A stretch of 42,119 nucleotides of DNA, taken from positions 1 through 42,119 of the IMG/VR virus record IMGVR_UViG_3300020234_000023; one strand, given 5' to 3'. Positions 10,000 to 17,600 of this stretch are shown piece by piece; position 1 is the first letter of the stretch; the number at the start of each line of letters is the position of its first letter. The notes below the pieces were generated by a model. The model saw only the letters and a list, made by a program, of their open reading frames with translations. It had not been told where the DNA came from and did not search any database. The DNA comes from a virus. Taxonomy: Duplodnaviria; Caudoviricetes. The translations under genes and the position numbers were made by a program.

Positions 10000-10358
10000 T
10001 GAAAACTTTACTTATAGCTTTACTATTCATGACAAGTTCAGCGTTTGCTCACAATGGTCATTACGACCATAACCCTGAGCCGACTACGACTACTACCACT
10101 CCGCTGAGTCTACCGTCCCAGACTACCTATGGACTGCTTGCCTTAGCTAACAATAATCAATTTGATTGGGGAGTTCCTGATAAACTACAGGTAGGTGTGA
10201 CGATGGCTTTTACCGAAGGTGGTAATCAAGCAATAGCAATCGGCGCTGCTACTCGGGTTGGTGCAGTAATGCTGCATGGGAATTTCGTTACTGAGGTTGA
10301 CGGCCCTGATAATGGGGACAGTTATGCTGTTATTGTCGGCGGGACTATGCGCTTCTGA
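9999..10358 (+). CDS. Secreted protein made almost entirely of a YadA-like trimeric autotransporter anchor
   Basis: Sec signal MKTLLIALLFMTSSAFA, Pro/Thr linker, then PDKLQVGVTMAF-EGGNQAIAIGAATRV-VMLHGNFVT-SYAVIVGGTMRF (four amphipathic strands, terminal Phe). Confidence 0.6.
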   Translation: MKTLLIALLFMTSSAFAHNGHYDHNPEPTTTTTTPLSLPSQTTYGLLALANNNQFDWGVPDKLQVGVTMAFTEGGNQAIAIGAATRVGAVMLHGNFVTEVDGPDNGDSYAVIVGGTMRF

Positions 10359-10978
10359 TGAAAATAGTACAACTCCAAGTACCGTCTTTAAAAATAGTAC
10401 AGCTTAAAGAGCCGTTCTATCATACCATTATCCATGACTTCTATACACCAGAAGAAGAACAGGGCATATGGCAGGAAATAGAATTCCTAAACCAGCCTGG
10501 AAAGCTACTAGATAAAAATCAGAATGGAGACCCTAGAGCATCTGAAAATAAATTAGGCTTAGCTTTAGATGATGCTTATGGGCAGTACCGACATCTAAGT
10601 AATATCCTAACAGTGAATAGAAAGATATTTAATTTTTGTGATCAGTTGCTGGAAAATCCTTTTGCTAATTACTTAATACTATGCGATCACGATTTTAGTT
10701 TCCTTAGTTACTACCCTGATAAAAGTTATTATGCACCTCATTTTGATAGATTCACTGTGAGCACTATCACTACTTTTTGGAGGTTGCCACAAAAATTTAC
10801 TGGAGGAGAGTTACAGTTTACAGAATATGATTACACGCCTGATATGCGGCACAACAGCCTTATCCTGTTTCCTAGTTATGAATTTCACAATGTAACGCCT
10901 CTATCTATTGATAAAGAGTTGGAAGATAAAGGGCTGAGTCGATACACTATTAACCAGTTTATGATAATAAAGGACTAA
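10358..10978 (+). CDS. 2OG-Fe(II) oxygenase (prolyl-hydroxylase-like)
   Basis: YAPHFD (HxD), FTGGEL, LILFPS..FHNV (distal His), SRYTI (2OG-binding Arg); visibly more AT-rich than its neighbours. Confidence 0.88.
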   Translation: MKIVQLQVPSLKIVQLKEPFYHTIIHDFYTPEEEQGIWQEIEFLNQPGKLLDKNQNGDPRASENKLGLALDDAYGQYRHLSNILTVNRKIFNFCDQLLENPFANYLILCDHDFSFLSYYPDKSYYAPHFDRFTVSTITTFWRLPQKFTGGELQFTEYDYTPDMRHNSLILFPSYEFHNVTPLSIDKELEDKGLSRYTINQFMIIKD

Positions 10979-10982
10979 TTTA

Positions 10983-11231
10983 ATGACTAAGCCTTCTGCG
11001 AAAACAACCTGGGTAGGTGTGGTGATTGGTTGCTTAACTCTCGCCACAGCATATCTAGGTAATGATAAGTATCAATCTAGTCAGATCGTTGTCGAAGCGA
11101 CAGATGTAACTGTAGCTATAACCTCATTGCCTGCTGGCGTTATGCGGTCTAATTCAGACATTAATGCGATGATTAAAACTTTGGTAGACGCCAAGATGAA
11201 GGCACATATCCAGGATAGTGGGAGACACTAA
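10983..11231 (+). CDS. Small membrane-anchored protein
   Basis: N-terminal hydrophobic helix WVGVVIGCLTLATAYL followed by a soluble tail. Confidence 0.5.
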   Translation: MTKPSAKTTWVGVVIGCLTLATAYLGNDKYQSSQIVVEATDVTVAITSLPAGVMRSNSDINAMIKTLVDAKMKAHIQDSGRH

Positions 11232-11749
11232 TGAGCATAGGCCCTTGTGATTGGCATGTGATTGATGACGAGCTGGTGGTTAGTTCGATCCAGAAGAATG
11301 CTTCGACTTCGTTAGTTACAGCCTTTCCGAACCGGATTGGGGCGGAGCAGGCGCTAACATATCCTGTACGGTTAGCCTGGATTAGGCATCCATTGTCTCG
11401 AGTGAAGTCAGTTTATTCTTGTTTGATGGGAGAGGAAATCGATGGAGAAACAGCGTGGCATAATTTTGTGGATCATATGCTGGAGGTAGAGAATGTTCAT
11501 TGGTTGCCTCAGATGCAGCGGTTGTATTTTGGGAAGGAATTTGTTCCTACAGTGCTTGAGCGGTTTGAGTATATTGGAAAGTTTTGGAAGCAGTATTGTG
11601 GAAAACCACTGCCTGTGGTTAATGTTAGTATTCCCCTGTATACTGATGATTACAGGGAAAAGGATTTATTGGAATATTATGAAACAGATCTTAAGGTATG
11701 GCTTGACTGCTCCGACCATTTGCTGTATAAGTCAATGATTGCATCTTAG
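11231..11749 (+). CDS. Sulfotransferase (Sulfotransfer_2-like)
   Basis: 5'-PSB loop IQKNASTSL, 3'-PB motif IRHPLSRVKSVY, NVHWLPQ, C-terminal YYETD. Confidence 0.78.
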   Translation: MSIGPCDWHVIDDELVVSSIQKNASTSLVTAFPNRIGAEQALTYPVRLAWIRHPLSRVKSVYSCLMGEEIDGETAWHNFVDHMLEVENVHWLPQMQRLYFGKEFVPTVLERFEYIGKFWKQYCGKPLPVVNVSIPLYTDDYREKDLLEYYETDLKVWLDCSDHLLYKSMIAS

Positions 11750-11757
11750 AATCTATC

Positions 11758-12570
11758 ATGCAATCTTTAGCATTAAGGATACGTAAGCATCTGCCAGCAG
11801 TAGAGCGGAAGATGCTTACAAAGCCGCAGATAGAATGCCCTGTAGTTCATCGGTTTGGGCCAGGGATATACATTCGTGAGGTGTTCATACCAGCAGGTAC
11901 GCTGGCGATTGGACACCATCATGTAAGTGAACACACCAACATAATGTTGAAGGGTGTTGCAGACTTCCTTTTAGAGGATGGATCAATTGAAAGGCGGGAG
12001 GCTCCATACTATTGTGTGGCTCCCGCAGGTAGGAAGATTGCTTACGTCTATGAGGATATGGTGTGGCAGAATATCTACGCCACTGACGAGACGGACATAG
12101 TAGTGTTAGAAGCTACTCTGTTAGATATTAGTAAAGGATGGCTTGAGCACGAAGAGGGACTGGAGAAGTTGCAGCGGATTGGGGATCAGATGGATTTCCT
12201 GATCGCTGTAGAAGAAGGTGGATGGTCGTTGGACCTGGTACGGAAGGTATCAGAAAACCCTGACGATGCGATTGGGTTGCCGCTCGGCACCTATAAGTTT
12301 AAGATCGCATGGTCTCAGATTGAGGGTAAAGGCGTGGTGGCAGCATCAGCTTATGAGCCCTTCGAAGTTGTTGGTCCCGCTCGGATTGGGGACAAACGTA
12401 CGGTAATTGGAAGGTATACAAATCATGCGAAGCATCCGAACGCTGTGATGAACGTGGACTTAAATGATGGTGTAGTATATCTTATAGTTACCAAACCAAT
12501 TTTAGTAGATGAGGAAATTACCGTGGATTATCGGAAGGTTCTTCTTTTACATACTGGAGATTTATTATGA
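11758..12570 (+). CDS. Cupin-like domain fused to a SET-domain methyltransferase
   Basis: N-terminal HRFGPGIYIREVFIPAG..GHHHVSEH (cupin). C-terminal SQIEGKGVVA, RYTNHAKHPN and EEITVDY (SET motifs). Confidence 0.8.
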   Translation: MQSLALRIRKHLPAVERKMLTKPQIECPVVHRFGPGIYIREVFIPAGTLAIGHHHVSEHTNIMLKGVADFLLEDGSIERREAPYYCVAPAGRKIAYVYEDMVWQNIYATDETDIVVLEATLLDISKGWLEHEEGLEKLQRIGDQMDFLIAVEEGGWSLDLVRKVSENPDDAIGLPLGTYKFKIAWSQIEGKGVVAASAYEPFEVVGPARIGDKRTVIGRYTNHAKHPNAVMNVDLNDGVVYLIVTKPILVDEEITVDYRKVLLLHTGDLL

Positions 12571-13454
12571 GTGGTGTTGCTGCAGCAGTAGGTATTGGAA
12601 GTGCTCTGATAACGCGTAATAGTGGTGGCTCTTCAGGAGGAGGTCGTCCGAAGTTTGCTAAAATAGTTGAGCCTGGTATTAACCGGCAGTTAGATCGAAC
12701 TGAGGATACAACTCGGGAAGTTTTCAGTGGGGATCGTGTAGCAGACCTTACTAGTTTACAACAACAAGGTGTTGCACAGACTCCAGGTATTGCACAAGCG
12801 TTACAAGGTGCTGCAGGTACATCTGCTGGTGGCTTTGATACTATCGCTGGGGGTAGCAGGATTGGACAGAATCCTTTCCTTGAGCAACAACTAGCAGGTA
12901 TGCGCGCGAACGTAAATCAGAATCTGTTACAGAACCAACTACCTGGCATTCAAAATAATGCGATTGCAGGTGGGGGGCTTGGGGGGTCACGTCAAGGTAT
13001 TGCACAGGGTCTTGCTATCCAGGGTGCGAACCGTGATATCCTTCAGGCGGAAACTACTGCTCGAGCTGGTCAAGTTAATATAGATCAAGAACAACAACTA
13101 CGAGCATTGCTTGGTCAGGGATCGATACTGTCAGGCCAGGGTGGCGCGCAAGATGCACTACTTAGAGGTGGTGGCATTCAACAAGCTCAGGCTCAAGCTG
13201 AGATCGGTGGTGAAATACAACAGTTTAATGAAGGTCAGGATTTACAGTTTGAGCGTGATCAGCAGTTGCTATCAATTCTGTTGGGTACACCTGCACAAAA
13301 TCAAACAGTACCGCAGCAGTCTGATCCGGTCGCTGCAGGTTTGGGTGCTGCATTAACTGCCAGTCAGCTGTTCCAGACTCAGGCTCCACCACCGCCTCCT
13401 CCTCGAGTTGATCTCACTGCCGCTACTCAAACACGACAGTTTCAAGGATTTTAA
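12567..13454 (+). CDS. Internal virion / DNA ejection (pilot) protein
   Basis: Gly/Ala/Gln-rich, hydrophobic N-terminus, NPFLEQQ and GGLGGSRQGIA motifs; first of the ejection genes. Confidence 0.65.
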   Translation: MSGVAAAVGIGSALITRNSGGSSGGGRPKFAKIVEPGINRQLDRTEDTTREVFSGDRVADLTSLQQQGVAQTPGIAQALQGAAGTSAGGFDTIAGGSRIGQNPFLEQQLAGMRANVNQNLLQNQLPGIQNNAIAGGGLGGSRQGIAQGLAIQGANRDILQAETTARAGQVNIDQEQQLRALLGQGSILSGQGGAQDALLRGGGIQQAQAQAEIGGEIQQFNEGQDLQFERDQQLLSILLGTPAQNQTVPQQSDPVAAGLGAALTASQLFQTQAPPPPPPRVDLTAATQTRQFQGF

Positions 13455-13456
13455 TT

Positions 13457-13696
13457 ATGTCTACCGATTTAATGATGAGCTTAATGAATCTTAATCAGGG
13501 TGTTGCAAGTCCACAGGGGCAGCCTTTGCTGCAGAGTGAAAACCCTATGTCGGCACTAGCTGGCTTACCGCCAGCAACAGTTCCGGCAGCAACACCTCCT
13601 TTACAACAATCGGCGAATCCGGCATTGCCTCCTGGCAGACCGGCTAAGTCTCTGGAAGAACAGCTGTTTGGGTTCGGAGGTAATCTCTTTGGCTAA
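13457..13696 (+). CDS. Small Pro/Gln-rich protein
   Basis: 79 aa filling the gap between ejection genes. Confidence 0.5.
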   Translation: MSTDLMMSLMNLNQGVASPQGQPLLQSENPMSALAGLPPATVPAATPPLQQSANPALPPGRPAKSLEEQLFGFGGNLFG

Positions 13697-14606
13697 CAAT
13701 AATCTTTTTTCAGGTTTAGATAATCTGGCTATCTTTGAGGGTGTTCCTGACGATGTTCGTCGGCGCGCTTTAATAGATACGGGCTTGGCTATGTTGCAGC
13801 CGCAAGGTCCTGAGGGGTCTGCGATCACTCAGATCGGTGGTGGTATTGAAGCAGGACTGGCTTCTCTGGATGATGCAGAGCAGCAAAGCTTTAATCGCAA
13901 TCAGCTGGATTTCCAGAATATGATTACACAACGTGGAGCTGTGACTGATGAACGTCGAGCCGGAACGGGAGAAGTGAATGCGCAAACGGGTCAGCAAGTT
14001 GCAACCACGGGTCAAACCCAAGTGGAAAATCAGGACACCCAAGCAACGGCCGCATTGGAGGAAGAAATCCGGCAATGGAACCGCGAAGGCCTTGACCGTG
14101 CAGCCCAAAGAGGCTTAGATAAAGCGAAGTCTCGCTATTGGGACAGGATGCCTGAGGGTGGTATAGGCGGGAGACCTTCGGCCACGGATGCTTTGTTTGC
14201 TGAGCATATAGCAAAAATGAATTCGCTTTGGGTTCTTGACCAACGAAAGTCTCCTCTTGAACAGCAGTTTTCTGATAAGGATGATGACATACTGATCGAT
14301 ATGGCTTGGCGTGACATCACACTCCGTAAGGGTACAGCAGGTAATGAAGCTTTAGCACTCATGGCTTCAGGTACACAAGATGCTGCGCTAGTGGGGCAAC
14401 GAGCACAGGCTGTTGCCGATCCAGGCTTAGCTGGTCTTGAGAATATATCTACTCCAGAGCAAAGAACTCAAGCAGAGTTAGCTATGAACTGGACTGCCGA
14501 ACAGTGGGAAGAGGCTAGACGTACTAAGGACCCGACAGTTGATAGGTTGTTAAATCTATTCCCAGGTTTATTCCGGCGAGCACAAGCAACCTTACGCGGA
14601 CAGTAA
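13689..14606 (+). CDS. Internal virion / ejection protein (TTG start)
   Basis: Perfect SD GGAGGT at 13676-13681, 7 nt before in-frame TTG 13689; helical, Gln/Ala-rich. Confidence 0.6.
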   Translation: MANNNLFSGLDNLAIFEGVPDDVRRRALIDTGLAMLQPQGPEGSAITQIGGGIEAGLASLDDAEQQSFNRNQLDFQNMITQRGAVTDERRAGTGEVNAQTGQQVATTGQTQVENQDTQATAALEEEIRQWNREGLDRAAQRGLDKAKSRYWDRMPEGGIGGRPSATDALFAEHIAKMNSLWVLDQRKSPLEQQFSDKDDDILIDMAWRDITLRKGTAGNEALALMASGTQDAALVGQRAQAVADPGLAGLENISTPEQRTQAELAMNWTAEQWEEARRTKDPTVDRLLNLFPGLFRRAQATLRGQ

Positions 14607-14607
14607 T

Positions 14608-17600
14608 ATGGCTGGTCTAGCAGATCTTGGTGGCCCAAAAGGTGGGATACCACAGGAGAGTGGTACCCCACGGCAAACCGGCTTAGCTGGACTGGAAGCA
14701 CTGGGAGCTGTAGCGTTAGAAGCTCCCGAAGTGCCTGATCTTCCAGATGATCCAGTTGATAGGGTTCGTCCCAACATATCCCTCGAGCCGGTTAATCCTT
14801 TTGATGATCCGGTGCCGACTCCGGAGCCTCTCACCCCTACACAGCAGAGACACTCGGCGGTGGTAGAGCAATTAAAGCTTGATGTTGATGAGTTTGATTC
14901 TACCTTCACTCTCCTAGAGCGTACAGAAAATCGGTTGGGTATTGGCTGGACGCGTAAGATTGCTAACGATACGTTAAATGAATTGACGCAGCTTAGGAGT
15001 GCGTTAGTAGATTTGACAGGTCGAGGTACTTTAGAGGCTGGCAATCAAGCGCTGGAAAGTCTTAAGTCTAGAGCGCCTTTTGGGAAACCCTTTACTGATG
15101 CAGAACTGCAAGCCGAGGTGGATCGGGATGCGTCAATGCTTCAGCGTAAAATTGAGAAGGTAGAGTTAGATTATTTGGCTGCTTCCGATGCAGTGTTTAA
15201 TCCTACCATGCGTAGAGGTAATCAAATTATTGATATACCTACGCACCCTGTAATGGCAGCTTTAAATAATGCTCAGGCTATGGGGGATACTGATTTAGTT
15301 GATAAGATTGCTTGGACATTTCTTGCAGAGACGATGGCGGAGACTGCCTTGCCGTCGATACCACAGGCAGGTCCGGCGCAGCTTTTGGTACCAGGAGGTC
15401 TAGCAGCTGGAGGTAAATTAATATTTGGTTCTACCTCAGTAGCACGTGCAGGATTTGTAGTAGGCACAGGCTTTGTATCCGGTAGTGTTGAAAGTGCGGC
15501 TGCGTTTAGTGAATATCTCAGTGAGCATGATGTTGATGTTACTGACATTGATCAGGTAACCCGAGCTATTACTGATCCTGAAGTGGTAGCAGCAGCAAGA
15601 AGTTTTGCTCGTAAGCGAGGTATCTCCGTAGGTGTAATGGATATGCTGGGTGCGTATCTCAGTGCTAGAATGCTGGTGCCGCCACAGCTTACAGGTAAAA
15701 TTGCTCGACAGATTACTAATGCTGGAGCTCAATTAATTCAGAATCCTTTAACGGGGGCTGGGGGTGAGGCTCTTGCACAGCTAACTTCAGGGCAAGAGTT
15801 TAATTCCCTTGAAGTTAAGTTAGAATTGCTTGGTGAGATACCTTCGGCTGTATCTGAGCCTATCATCTTCCACCTTGCTGATAAGTTAAATAAGAAGCCT
15901 TCAGACCTTATACTTATTAAGCAAGTGATGGAGGAGTTCGTTAAAAACCCTGCTATGACTGAGGGAGAAGCCCTAGCTCAGATGAAGGATATAGCTACAA
16001 AGGGTATGACTGATGCAGAGGCTATTGATTTAGTTAATAGTTTACCTGGTGCTTATATAGACCCTAGCATCTTAGAGAATACTGGCCATGAGGAGCGAGG
16101 TTCTGGTCGACAAGCATCACTGACTACAATTCAGGAAACTCAAATAGCTTTACAGGGTTTTATGGATCTTGATGGGAATATGGTAAGTGGAGAGGCTGTT
16201 GTTAAGGAGGAGCCTGAGAATGGTGGGGGTAAAGTATACTGGAGAGTTGAAAATGATGCTACCCCTGCAGGGTTGGCTGCTATGGATGAGGCCATCTTGT
16301 TTAAGCAGGATGAGTTATCTATGGCTCAAGTTGAGGGAGCTGCAACGTCAAAAATTAATAGGCTTAGCAATGAGCTTGAGGCTGTAAAGGAACGGAAGGC
16401 CAAAATAGAAATTGCTACTCGGGAGATGAATGAGTTACGTCCTGCATTGCATAGGCTGTATCAGGAGATGGTCTCCTTGTTTACACCTAATGCTAACTTA
16501 CTTATTTTAGAGAATGATCTGGATAGTGAGGCAACTCGGGGTACAGGATACGGTAGTAACGCTAGCTTTCATAGTGAGGATGGTAGACGTACTGGTGTAA
16601 TATACTTAAGCACTACTGCCTTGCTGGATATGAGGAAGGCGTTTATGAAGCAGGGTAGAGGTAAGACGAAACGTAAAGGTCCTCGTATGCTACGCTCAGT
16701 ATTAGGTGTTGCGATACATGAGTTTGGTCATAACATTATGCAGCATTATGCTGATACCTTACCGCCAGAAGTGTTAGGTGCGTTGAAAGCTGAGCATCGG
16801 AATTGGTTAGCACAACAAATAAAAATCTTAAAGAAAGATAAGGATACAGGAATTTTTGATATCCTTATAAGTAAGCAAAACCCTAATGACTTTTTCGACC
16901 TTAGCCGTTTCTTAAGGACTAATGATTTTGAATTTTTAAGGAGTAAAGTTCCGTATAATCTAAGTTTGTTAGAGTGGATTGCTGATTCAATGTCTCGATC
17001 CTCCTCAGATAAAAAGACTTCAGTGTTACCTCCGATGATGCGTAAGCATATGCCTCGGCTTCAAACTATTATGGAAAGGTTTTATGATAGGTTTCGTTCA
17101 GGGCTGGGGGATAACTCTACATTCGATACCTTTTTAATATACATACAGGCTCGAGCACAGCGAGAAGCAAGAGAGAATTTAGCTGCACAGTTTTCAAAGG
17201 TAGAACAGCAGTTGCCTGCCGGTAGTCAGGGTGAGGTACTGATGGCAATGATGGATGCGAAGGGGATAGACGTGCCTTCGGAATTGAAGGATCAATTGGA
17301 GTCTAACCTGGATACTTATAATAAAACTATCAGGTACATGTTGACTATCCTTCAGCTTGGTAAGGAGAATAAACATATATCGGGGCTGCAAAATTATATT
17401 AAAGCTGTGCACGAGCACTGGATTACAAAGTCTAACTGGAATGACATGGCTATGCAGTCTATGAATGCGTGGAGGAAGTTAGGCCGGAAGCAAGCTGATC
17501 TCGTGGGTAGGTACTTGCTCGAGCAAACTGTGAAGTCGGATGACTTAGGCAGGAGTTTAAATAATGATGAGATTAAAGCGTTGTTAAAAGAAAAGAACTT

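Noticed and set aside
13660-13710. Programmed frameshift joining 13457-13696 to the next ORF
   Set aside because: A perfect GGAGGT sits 7 nt before an in-frame TTG at 13689, so independent initiation explains the overlap.
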